A DNA stretch of 19,103 nt from an uncultured bacterium (GTDB lineage: Bacteria; CSSED10-310; CAZUFC01), in the NCBI GenBank assembly GCA_964619725.1, contig CAZUFC010000144.1:1-19103 (forward strand), in the 5' to 3' direction. The position numbers were made by a program, and so were the translations under genes. The notes under the pieces were generated by a model. That model was not told the origin of the DNA, searched no databases, and saw nothing but the letters and a program-made list of their open reading frames with translations. Below are positions 9,001 through 18,840 of this stretch, one piece after another. The first letter of the stretch is position 1. Every line of letters starts with the position of its first letter.

Positions 9001-9783
9001 ATAATCATAAACCGTTTCACCCTCGCAGGCATCGAAACGCCATTCACCGCCTGAAGCAAGGTTGCAATCATTCGATTCGCCCAGGGTCGGAGAACCCTTG
9101 ATGTATTCAAACGGCATCTCGAAAGAACATGTAAAAACGCTTTCCCCTTCAACACAACCTGAAGGAACCTCAAGGAAACCGTCAGGCGCTTCAGGGTTTG
9201 CGGGATTCCCCCAATAAACGCCGCAAATCCAATAATCATAATCTTCTACGCTTTCACCTGAACAGCCGGGACTCAAATGACCGATGCCGATCCAATCCGC
9301 ATCATTATTCAAACTGAACTCATAATTCGAATCGCCAGCGTTGCTCAAAACCTTGTATTCCCAGGAAGAGAACCAGCTATCCTCCGGCAGCAACTCAAAC
9401 GCCGTCGCCGATCCATCATTATCGCTCTCAACCAGGTAAAATTCACCCGGCAAATAGAATTCCCACGATCCGTAATTATATACTTCCAACCATTCCGTAT
9501 CATCCTCCGGCGAAGAACCGTGATAAAGAACTTCACTGACGATGAGCCTGTTTTTCAGGGATAGTCCTGCACCTGGGGCTTGCGCCTTCTCTTCCTGACG
9601 TTCGGTAACATTTTCATGTTCCCGGACCGGTATATATTTCCCTTCGGGATTCAGAGGAATAGCAGCCGTCGCGCATGCCGGGCCGTTGACGTTATCGATT
9701 TCAACAGCAGAAAAAGCGGGCTGAAGAATGAATGAAATACAGAGCGCCGTAAGACAAAAAAGAACGCCGGAAACATTTTTCAT
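6032..9783 (-). pseudogene. Secreted multi-domain protein (signal peptide - lamin tail domain - 4x LamG-like jellyroll - lamin tail domain), ~1250 aa, interrupted by a 1-nt frameshift at ~6355-6363 (real lesion or sequencing error)
   Basis: Likely start is ATG 9783 (GGAG RBS; signal peptide MKNVSGVLFCLTALCISFILQPAFSA). LTD motifs IVSEVLYH..EWLEVYN and VINEVLYD..EWIELYN. Four LamG-like modules (WRFD..D.SGN...MTVEAW...HLAATYDG..LYVDG..F.G.IDEV). ORF 6349-9825 stops at YLIGDPL*, while the overlapping frame continues PLVTDICGYPPD...RTDGVRL...SGSSLSR, collinear with the paralog's LTD (IGESGVRDVNGFAPD...RTDGIRL...SGSSLSR). Confidence 0.85.
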
Positions 9784-9934
9784 GAAATATCTCCAAACTT
9801 CAAAAATCAGCAAAATGCCGCACATTTTCCAATGGCTTTCCTTTATCTCGCACCTTGCTGCTCAAACGGTTAAAAGAAAACGTCGTCGGTTTCGCCTGAT
9901 GTTCGCTTCGGAAAAAAACAGTATTCCTGAACTC

Positions 9935-9964
9935 ATTATAATATCATTTTCACAGGTCGATCAA
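9935..9964 (-). promoter_or_regulatory. Candidate housekeeping sigma-70 promoter for the 9783 gene
   Basis: TTGATC-18 nt-TATAAT on the minus strand, about 150 nt upstream of ATG 9783. Confidence 0.35.
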
Positions 9965-10090
9965 ATGCCGGCAGAACAAAAATAATAATGCAGCGATTGA
10001 TCAAAGATGGCGGAAACGCTTCTGAGACCCGTAATTGAGTCGAATGTTCCTGCAGCTTCTTTGCCCTTTTTGCTGATCCCCCTATTTTTA

Positions 10091-13000
10091 TTACGGAGTA
10101 AAGCCGGGATTTTCATTCGCATATAGCATAACTTCTGAAACGTTCAGAGCTTTGTTGAACATAAAGACGTCGCTGATGCACCCGGAGAAGAAATCGACCG
10201 GCATTGTATCGTAACAGCCGCATCCTATCCACAGGGGTTGCTGAGACTGGTAAGGTTCGCCCTTGAACGCATTTTGATCCTGCAAGACTCCGTTTACGTA
10301 GAGTTTGACGTATGTTCCGTCATAGACGGCAGCTAAATGGATAGGTTCGTCAAGAGATAATGGCGGAGCTGCGACCGCGCCTCCGTCTTCCCAGAAGGCA
10401 AACAGCGGTTTATCGTCGTACCAGTTTTTAGCGGCAAACAACCAGACGGGAAATTCTGAGATGCCGCCAGGACTGTCCGGGTCTGTTCCTTTAGTGAGAA
10501 ATGATGTCGTCGCAGAATTCCAGGAGTAGGGAATAATTTCAGCCATGACCGTCATTTCACCCAGGAAGCCGAGATAATATCCATGTGGGATGACGATATA
10601 ATCGGAGTAACCGTTGAACTCTACGCCGCAGGAATTCCATACCGTGTCGCCGATGAACGTACCGTCATATCAATTGCCGGAACGGTCATGAGCGACAGAA
10701 CCCGATCCGTCGTTGAGAGGCCAATGACCGGCCAGGCAATCGGCATGTTTTTTAATATTGTCGGCGTCAAGCGCCAGGGAATAATATTTGAAATCGTCAA
10801 TTTTTCCGTTGAACCAGCCTGTAGGACCGTCGTTCCAGAAACCGCAGCCGACGTATAGCGGCCAGGTCGAGTTTTCGGGGGGGACTGGAAGTACATTTCT
10901 GTCAACTTCATTGCCGTTCACGTAAAGAATGGTTTGTCGGCCGTCGCATACCGCGGCCAGATGATGCCATTTGCCCCGCTGAAGAACGAAAGGCGCTTTA
11001 ACCAAACCGTGATCTTCTCCGAAGCAGAAGGATGGTCCGCCTCCATGGTCGACTGCGAAAAGGTTCCAGTCGGAGAATTCGCCGTCGACTCGTCCGCCTT
11101 TGGATGCTGCTGAAATCTGATCGCCCTGCTGCTCGTAAAGGAAAATGTGAGCTTCAACGGTCATTTGTCCCAGGCATTGCAGATTCCCGGAATAGGGGAC
11201 TTCAACGTAATCCTGCACCGGCGAGGATTTGAATTCCAGGGCTCTGTTCAACCGACCCTCTGTCCAGGAAGGGTCTCCGATCAGTTTTCCCGGAAGGCCG
11301 TTTCCTGAAGCATCGGCGGCGTATTTGCCTGAATTTTCGTCGAAACGCAGCCACAATTCAAGCGATTGGGCGCGTGCCGCGATAGATTCTGAGTCCAGCG
11401 CATCATTATACAATCTTACTTCATCAATCGCTCCTTTGAAAAAACACGTGGGCGAGTCGTACCAGAACCCGCTTCCGATATACATAGGCCAGTCCGTGTT
11501 TTCCGCTTCTACCTCACCTTCGTGCCTGTCGACCTCCTCGCCGTTGACGTATAATACGGTTTTCTGTCCGTCGTACGTTGCGGCCAGGTGATGCCATTGA
11601 TAGGGTTCAAGACTGAAGGGCGCTTTTACTAATCCGTCGTCTTCACCGAAGCAGAACGACGGTCCGCCCCCATGGTCCGTGAAGAAAAAACTCCAGGACG
11701 GAAATTCCCCTCGCACCTGGCCCCCTTTCGCTGCAATCGCGGTTTGATTTCCCTGCGGACCGTCGGCATAGACCATGGCTTCGATCGTCATCATGCCTTG
11801 GAAATCAAGCGTGTCGGAATCCGGAAAGACAATGTAATCCTTATCGCCGTCGAAATATACGGCGCTGCCAATGCGACCTTCGGTCCAGGCTGCACTGCCC
11901 TTCAAAGCGCCGTGGTTCTTGTGTCCCGATGAATCGAACGCCGACCCGCCGCTGCACTCATTAAAACGCCAGAGCCCTGAACAGAGATGATGTGAAGACA
12001 GGGGAGACCTTAATTCTGCGGAAAGTATCTCCCAGTCAGAGGCACGATCGCTGTCGAAACCAGGTCGTAACCGGCTTAAACTCGATCCGGATTGAGGAGG
12101 TGCAGCGGGATGAACTATCTCATAATCGCATGCCGGAATGCAGTCGTCTCCGGGTAGATTATTGACATTGGGATAGCTGTAAAGAAGGGTATCTTCTGCC
12201 TGCCCTTCAGGATTCACTAGCCGGATGCCGTCCGTCCTGCTGAGGCCGTTGTAGAGGCTCAACGCCGCCTTATGATCGGGTGCAAATCCATTAACGTCCC
12301 TTACGCCGGATTCGCCTATCAGGAAATATCCGCCAGGCGGAATAACGCTGCCCGATGGAAGTTGAATTCCCCAGGAAAAAGAAGCGCCTCCAGCCTGAAT
12401 CTCATAACCGGAAATATCCGCAGCAGCCGGCGACAGATTGATCAATTCTATCCATTCGTATCCCGTATCGTCGCCGGTTTCGTCATAAAGCGCTTCATTA
12501 ATGAATATGCAGGATTCACCTTCCGCATATCCTGTTTCATATATTTCAGCATCGCTCAACGCCCTGTTGTAAAGCCGGATGTCACTTATACTGCCGTTGA
12601 AATGACATACGGCCCGTCCGTCATAGTAGCCGCATCCCGCCCAGACAGGTTCCGTTGAAATGTATACTTCGCCGGCCCAGTTTCTGCAATCTTTCAGCAG
12701 TCCGTTCACATACAGTTTCGTCGTGCAACCGTCGTAGGTCGCTGCAATATGATAATCCTTGTTCAACTCCAATGGCTCGCCCAAAACCGTTCCACCGTCC
12801 TCCCAGAATGCGAAACATACTTTGCCGTCCTGGTGTCGTCTGGCGATTATGCTCCAGACGGGAAATTCAGAAATGCCGCCCGGCGCCGACGCACCGGTTC
12901 CTTTGGTCATTGCAAACACCAGATCGTCCGGCCAGGCATAAGCCTTTAAATTCAACATAACCGTCATTTCCCCCAGGAAATCAAGCTGGTATCCTGAATC

Positions 13001-15280
13001 TATCTCAATCCTGTCGTCAAATCCATCGCATATTATGCTCGAATTTTCCCAGCGAGCCCCGTTTTTCAACTTACCGTTAAAACCGTTCCCGGAAATATCA
13101 TGAACCGTGTCGCCGCTCCCATCATCACAGGGCAGATGCGCAGACAAGAGAGCTGCATGAGAAGATATCAACTCGGGGGTCAACGCAAAATTATACGCCC
13201 TTACATCGTCGATTATACCTTTGAAATGACGATTCCAGTATTTGCAGTCGCCGATGTAAACATTATTCGAATTCGAATTGATTTGAACGGTGCAGACTTT
13301 TTCATCGACCTGAATTCCGTCAAGGTAGAGCGACAGCTTTTGTCCATCATATACACCCGCTGCATGATGCGGACAGCCCGATGCAATACGCGCCCGAACC
13401 CCTTTCCAGGGCCAGGGATCATACAGCCCGTCATAAATCTCAAAACGTAAGAATCCATCGTCAATCCATAGAAAATAGGCGTTGCTTTTCCCGATTATCA
13501 TGTAGCCGCCGTCGTATACTTCGTAAGGCATTATCCAGGCTTCCAGGGAGATCACGTCCGTCATGTCAAGACTTGGAGAATCCTGAATCTCTATATGCTG
13601 ATTAATTCCATTGAAACGAATTGCAGTACCCAGTAAGCCCTTAACCCGTTTGGGATTATGATGCAATATGCCGGTATTGCCCGCTCCGGAATAATCAAAC
13701 GCCTCAGCGCCGTTCCGTTCATCCAACCGCCACCATCCGGCAAGTTCGCCCGTACATTCCGTCGATGCCGTATCGAACGCAGCCCCGCGACATTCGCAAT
13801 CATAGTAATCCCACATACCCAAACGTCGTACATAATAAAATGCCTCCGTTTCAGCAGTATATTCGCCAGGCATCGCCGGCTCGAACTCGAATTCCAGGGA
13901 AATTTCACTCACATTCGTTTCCTGGATGTACTGAACATCAACCAACTCTCCAAATGGGTCTGTGAGAAATATATACAGGTACAACTCAGTATAATCAGTC
14001 TGCTCGACACCTGATAATTCAGCGCTTGCTTCGACATTTCCGCACGAAACCAATATATCGGCATCAAAATACAAAAAATCGCACCATTCATTGCAATAAC
14101 AGTTGGAAAAATTATAACACGGGTCTGAACCGCAGAGACACTCATCCACATTGTTCCAACCGTCATAATCGCAGTCTTCATATTCATATCCGTTAAGGTG
14201 TGCGCAAGGATCGGAGAGTTCGCACCACCATTCGCAATCAAAACACGTCCAGGAAGGATCGCACGGGTCCGAACCGCAACTGCATTCCTCTGCGTTTGTC
14301 CAGCCGTCGTCGTCGCAATCCTCACCGCCGTACTGGTCCAGATACTCGCAGGGAGCGTTACCGCACCACCATCCGCACTCAATGCAAACCGATCCTTCGT
14401 CACAGGGATCACAACCGCAATTGCATTCTTCCTCATTCGTCCAACCGTCACCATCACAGTCCTCACCGCCGTATTCATCCAGGTATTCGCATGGAGCGTT
14501 TTCGCACCACCAGTTGCAGTCTACGCATAAGGAATCCACGTCGCATGGATCGGACCCGCAATCACATTCCAGTTCGTTAGTCCAGCCGTCTTCATCACAA
14601 TCTTCGTCGCCGTATTCATCCAGGTATCCGCAAGGAGCGTTGTCGCACCACCATTCGCAGTCCAGGCACAAAAGACTGTCGTCGCATGGATCGCTGCCGC
14701 AGTTGCACTCTTCCGCATTTGACCAGCCGTCGTCGTCGCAGTCTTCATCCTCATAACCGTCAAGATGGTTGCAGGGATCGCCCGAATCGCACCACCAATC
14801 GCAATCTATACACCAGGAATCAGGATCGCAGGGGTCTGAACCGCATCCGCATTCCACTTCATTCGTCAAACCATCCTCATCGCAATCCTCCTCTTCATAT
14901 CCCCCCATATGCTCGCAGGGATCATTATCGCACCACCAATCGCAATCAATACATAGTGAACCCGAATCACATGGATCGGACCCGCATGCGCATTCCTCGC
15001 CGTTCGACCATCCGTCGTCGTCGCAGTCCAGTTCCTCGCACACGCCGACGCAAGGGTCTTCATCGCAACACCAATCGCAGATGTCCTCAGTCAAACTGAA
15101 ACCGCCGGATTCCTCGCCGATCTCATTTTGCCCCGCTTTTCCCAGTACATTGTTATTTTGCCCGTCTATCAAAAAAAATATGAATAATGCTGCAACCGAT
15201 ACAGTCGACACCCGTTTCAAGACTTGTCTCTTCTTCAATTTCAAACCTGCCTGACTGGAATCCGTCTGGAAATCGACCAT
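10091..15280 (-). pseudogene. Large exported protein (N-terminal signal/anchor - 7 Cys/Asp-rich repeats - probable Ig-like domain - 2x LamG - lamin tail domain - 3x LamG), ~1729 aa, interrupted by one in-frame TGA at 10670-10672
   Basis: ATG 15280 with GGGAGG RBS; basic then hydrophobic N-terminus. Reading through the TGA gives ...AHDRSGN*YDGTFIGDTVWNSCGVEFNGYSDYIVIPHGYYLGFLGEMTVMAE..., in frame with ORF 10091-10555 and collinear with the paralog (AHDGSGNGYNGLLNG...GYHLDFLGEMTVMAC). Confidence 0.85.
14096..15079 (-). repeat. Seven tandem 45-48-aa Cys/Asp-rich repeats with a bacterial thrombospondin type-3-like Ca2+-binding core
   Basis: Consensus CxWWCx(2-3)xPCxxLxxYxxEDCDxDGWxNxxECxCGSDPCDxxSxCxD, with 8 conserved Cys per unit; aa 68-395 of the 15280 ORF. 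Confidence 0.9.
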
Positions 15281-15593
15281 TTTTACAACCTCCCTTTTAA
15301 AATGTCTCCGTTTAATTCAATGAAGCAGTCATATCAGGTAACCTTTGCCGGCGTCGTGAATAACGGCTGAAACTCTCAAGACTCCCGTTCGATTTCATTC
15401 AAGAATGCTTCTTGCCGTTCACGCTCGCATACGGGTTCCTCTCTTAATAACAAATCCGAAATTTTTCATTTGTCGCGCGGATTTTTATATTTTTTTTGGA
15501 CTGATCAAACCTGGGTTATACTTTTTTGAAAACTTTTGGCAGTTTGTTTCAATAATCGGTGTCGGTATCGCAATCGAAACTAAATGGTTTTTG

Positions 15594-15721
15594 TCCATAA
15601 ACGGCGAATTTCCCCCAATACTGCGTCAGGCTGCGGATTTGCTCAGTCAACGTATATGCATTACCCCTGCCTCGCAAATCCTTGTCTTAATTGCTTTAAG
15701 TTAAATTCGCCCGTTTATGGA
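15594..15721. mobile_element. REP/MITE-like long imperfect palindrome
   Basis: Outer arms TCCATAAACGGCGAATTT (15594-15611) and AAATTCGCCCGTTTATGGA (15703-15721); inner arms GGATTTGC (15635-15642) and GCAAATCC (15674-15681). A 33-nt piece recurs inverted at 374-406 (30/33 identical). Confidence 0.55.
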
Positions 15722-16004
15722 TCAAAAACCCAAGTGGCTGTCCAGCATTAAATTTTGAATCGAAATTCGAGTTTATGGACAGGCGCTAAATGGGAAAATT
15801 CAGAATAATTGTAACCTCTAAAGACCCCTTTTTTATCAATGCTTTTTTGATTGAGTGATCAGACTTTCAAGAATTGATATCTTTTGTTTCGGATGCTAGT
15901 CTGGAAAATGTTCGCTGAAGTGTCGGCCGGTGTATGAACAATGAAGCGAGTATTCTGTCAACATGTCATTTTAGATTTTTTTTTGATGAAACAGGAGGCT
16001 GGAG

Positions 16005-17525
16005 ATGAAATTAAGTCGGTGGTTATGTATCGTCATAACGATTTTGACGGCGACGGCGGCGACGGAAGCCGGGCCGTTAAATTGGACTTCAGGGCAGTAT
16101 GTATTGGGTTCCAGCGGGATCATTGGTTATACGCTGGATTTAAAGGCATCATTAAGCGGTAATTATCATCTTGCGATATCCAACGAAAATGACGGAAACA
16201 TATGGTATGGTTTCTGGGAAGAGCCTTCCTGGACAGTTCTGGAGCATGTCGTAACGGTCGGATTGGACAGTTTTTTTCATCCGGAGTTAGGGCTTTGGGG
16301 CAATTTTCCGGTCATTATGTATGATGAAAGCATAGGGCTGGAATTACATTCGACGATGAAGGCAGGCTCAAGCTGGACTTCTCCCGAGACAGTAGAAGGA
16401 GCGGACCATGTATATGATTTTCAGATGTGTATGGATGAATTTGCCGGCCGTCATGTCATTTACACTCGGGTCACCACCTGGGGAACGGAGCTTATGTACG
16501 CGACCGACATAACGGCTGAGTGGGAACATGAGCAGATTGATTTTATCGGTCCGGATCATCTGATAACAAAGATGGACATCGCTGTCGATTCAGAGCGAAA
16601 ACCACATTTTGTCTGGGCGGATAACGAGGCCGGCGAGATTAAATATGCGGTGAGAACCGGCCCGGCGAGTTTCGACGTTGAGACTGCTGCATCTTTCTCT
16701 TTGAATTACTGGCTTGAGTTAAGAATCCTGGACGGCGACATTCCCTACTTCGGTTTTCTTGATGCGCCTTCCAATTATGTCATAAAGGGAATTTATAAAA
16801 TCGGCGAATCGTTTTACGGAAGCGTAGTTGCAACCGTTCCAGGAACCGACGTCATCTACGACGTAGGATTGGCTGCGGCAGTTGAGGAAGGGGTTACCAT
16901 ATCGAATTTGTATTATGTGTATTCCACCTATCACCAATTGAATTATGCCTATTACGATGCGGGGTGGCGGTCGGCTGTCATTGACGAGGTATCGCTGGGC
17001 GGTTCAGCGGATGAGATAAGCGCACAGTGGGACGGCACGCGGGATGCCGTAGGCATTGCAGTAAGAGACAATGCCGACAGCACGATATATTTCGCCCTGG
17101 GCTATGTGCCGTCGAATCCCACGCCGACGCCGAGTCCGACGCCGACATATACGCCTACTCCGCCGCCGGCCGATATCACCCTGGACCTGGGACCGGATGC
17201 CGATTACACTGCAGGAGATATGATGGAAGGCATATTGGACGTTGAAAATTCAGGAGCGGCAATAAGCGCCGACATCTACGTTTTACTGGAGGTCTTCGGG
17301 GAATTCTGGTTCGCACCCGGATGGACTCAATCACTCGATCATTACCATGTAACCTTATCAGCCTTTGAATCCAGATCGCTGGAATACCTGCCGGAATTTA
17401 CGCTGCCCGATCCCCTTTCCACAGGCGGACCTTTTTATTTTCACGCTGCCGCGTTCACTCCGGGAACGCTCGAAGCCGATACGATCATCTCCAATGTCGA
17501 TACGAAAGCCTTCTCATTTATATGA
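16005..17525 (+). CDS. Secreted hypothetical protein: beta-rich (possibly beta-propeller) domain, Pro/Thr linker and ~120-aa C-terminal beta domain
   Basis: AGGAGG/GGAG RBS; Sec signal peptide MKLSRWLCIVITILTATAATEA; repeated blade-like motifs (MDIAVDSERKPHFVW...IKYA; W..E.V); PTPTPSPTPTYTPTPPP linker (nt 17118-17168). Confidence 0.85.
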   Translation: MKLSRWLCIVITILTATAATEAGPLNWTSGQYVLGSSGIIGYTLDLKASLSGNYHLAISNENDGNIWYGFWEEPSWTVLEHVVTVGLDSFFHPELGLWGNFPVIMYDESIGLELHSTMKAGSSWTSPETVEGADHVYDFQMCMDEFAGRHVIYTRVTTWGTELMYATDITAEWEHEQIDFIGPDHLITKMDIAVDSERKPHFVWADNEAGEIKYAVRTGPASFDVETAASFSLNYWLELRILDGDIPYFGFLDAPSNYVIKGIYKIGESFYGSVVATVPGTDVIYDVGLAAAVEEGVTISNLYYVYSTYHQLNYAYYDAGWRSAVIDEVSLGGSADEISAQWDGTRDAVGIAVRDNADSTIYFALGYVPSNPTPTPSPTPTYTPTPPPADITLDLGPDADYTAGDMMEGILDVENSGAAISADIYVLLEVFGEFWFAPGWTQSLDHYHVTLSAFESRSLEYLPEFTLPDPLSTGGPFYFHAAAFTPGTLEADTIISNVDTKAFSFI

Positions 17526-17869
17526 AACCTGATGACTTCATGTACGATTGAACTGTGAGATGATGAATTCGTCAGAGTTGAAACCAGGAGAGCCATCTTC
17601 TGGAGAGATATAGGATGTAATAATAGTCCGAGACCACTGTCGAAACAGGCAGGAAGGTAAACAAGGAGCAAGCTGCGATTGACGCGGGAAAAGATCGACA
17701 TAGATCAAAGACCTCGCAAGGCAGGGATTTTTCTAAAAAGTCATGGGAAGTAACATTCTGTTTCATTCAAGCCGATATCCGGAAGCCTCGCTTATGTTCC
17801 GAGTAACGACAAAATTGCTGAAAACCTATGCAAAATTCCCAGGAAGCGATTGGAGACCGAATAATACTC

Positions 17870-17937
17870 ATCTGACAATGTGTTGCACGAGACAGGGCCA
17901 GCCTGATTGATCCGGTGAGTGAACGGTGACGTTATGA
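17870..17937 (+). mobile_element. Degenerate integron attC-like recombination site
   Basis: R'' ATCTGAC (17870-17876; canonical RYYYAAC with one A>G change) - 5 nt - L'' GTTGCACG (17882-17889) ... L' AGTGAAC (17918-17924) - 6 nt - R' GTTATGA (17931-17937). L''/L' pair with one extrahelical base. Total length 68 bp. Confidence 0.55.
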
Positions 17938-17961
17938 GGATGATGACAGATTGGAGAAGCG

Positions 17962-18810
17962 ATGTTTGAAGCGCTGAAGGAAATTAACGCTCGTCCGGAG
18001 CCATTTGAATTCTATACTGCGAATGAACTATGGACGGATGAACATATATCAAAGCAGATGCTCGCGTTTCACTTGAACGAAAATATAGATGTTTCCTCAC
18101 GAAAAATTACTTTTATCGATAAATCGGTTGACTGGATGACTGAGCATTTGAATTTAGCAAGGGGAACGAAAATAATTGATTTCGGTTGCGGCCCAGGACT
18201 GTACGCCATCAGGTTGGTGCAGAAACACGCAAACGTCGTCGGCGTCGACTTCTCGCAGAGATCAATCCAGTACGCACAGGAAGCAGCCTTTAAAGAATGC
18301 CTTCCCATCACTTATGTTTGTGCTGATTATCTGGAGTTTAAAACCAATGAACTTTTTCATCTGGTTCTTATGATCATGTGTGATTTCTGTGCTTTAAGTC
18401 CTTCACGAAGAAAAATAATGCTCCGGAAATTCCATGCTCTCCTCCATCCGGGCGCTGTCGTGCTTCTCGATGTGTATTCATTAGCAGCATTTGAGAAACG
18501 TGAAGAGACTGCGCTGTACGAAGCCAATCTTCTCAATGGATTCTGGTCGCCTGACGATTACTATGGATTCATGAATACATTTAAATATGAGAAGGAAAAG
18601 GTCATGCTGGATAAATACACAATCATCGAATCAGATCGCACTCGTACTTTTTATAACTGGCTGCAGTATTTCAGTCCGGCAACTCTGGAACGTGAATTTG
18701 TAGAATGTGGATTCGTTATTGAGGACATCTATGCAGATGTCGCCGGCTCGCCATATTGTCCCGATAGCGCTGAATTTGCAGTTGTTGCGAGAAAGAAGCA
18801 GATAACGTAA
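17962..18810 (+). CDS. Class I SAM-dependent methyltransferase
   Basis: Motif I IIDFGCGPG, then VVGVDFS, YVCADYL and LHPGAVVLLDV; GGAG RBS; 282 aa. Confidence 0.92.
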   Translation: MFEALKEINARPEPFEFYTANELWTDEHISKQMLAFHLNENIDVSSRKITFIDKSVDWMTEHLNLARGTKIIDFGCGPGLYAIRLVQKHANVVGVDFSQRSIQYAQEAAFKECLPITYVCADYLEFKTNELFHLVLMIMCDFCALSPSRRKIMLRKFHALLHPGAVVLLDVYSLAAFEKREETALYEANLLNGFWSPDDYYGFMNTFKYEKEKVMLDKYTIIESDRTRTFYNWLQYFSPATLEREFVECGFVIEDIYADVAGSPYCPDSAEFAVVARKKQIT

Positions 18811-18840
18811 CTTCACATCTCCTGACATTCGCTAATAAAA

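Noticed and set aside
9784-9825. ORF-track start at 9825 for the LamG/LTD gene
   Set aside because: ATG 9783 has a GGAG RBS and begins a clean signal peptide, so the upstream 14 codons are probably not translated.
10670-10720. Selenocysteine or genetic code 25 (UGA=Gly) as the explanation for the in-frame TGA
   Set aside because: The aligned residue in sister modules is Gly, not Cys; I saw no evident SECIS hairpin; other genes in the window terminate at TGA, and only one internal TGA occurs across thousands of codons.
10091-10911. ORFs 10091-10555 and 10621-10911 (and likewise 6032-6502) as independent genes
   Set aside because: 10091-10555 and the 3' part of 6032-6502 are the severed ends of the large genes; 10621-10911 is an off-frame overlap with no recognisable motif.
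6032-13750. Diversity-generating retroelement TR/VR pair among the repeated LamG segments
   Set aside because: No reverse transcriptase is present in the window, all repeat copies are in-frame coding modules, and the differences are not evidently adenine-restricted.
15205-15240. KKRQVLK as a variant Tat (twin-arginine) motif in the 15280 protein
   Set aside because: It has only one Arg and no Phe, and is equally explained as the basic n-region of a Sec signal or membrane anchor; not supportable without a prediction tool.
14198-15254. Several plus-strand ORFs rich in Ser/Gln/His or Arg (e.g. 14382-14756, 14769-15254)
   Set aside because: They are antisense shadows of the Cys/Asp repeat codons of the minus-strand gene, with no independent RBS or domain signal.
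17526-17869. Short ORFs (17441-17701, 17572-17766) or a remnant cassette gene upstream of the attC-like site
   Set aside because: There are no recognisable motifs or RBS, and the plus-strand frames are short or interrupted by stops.
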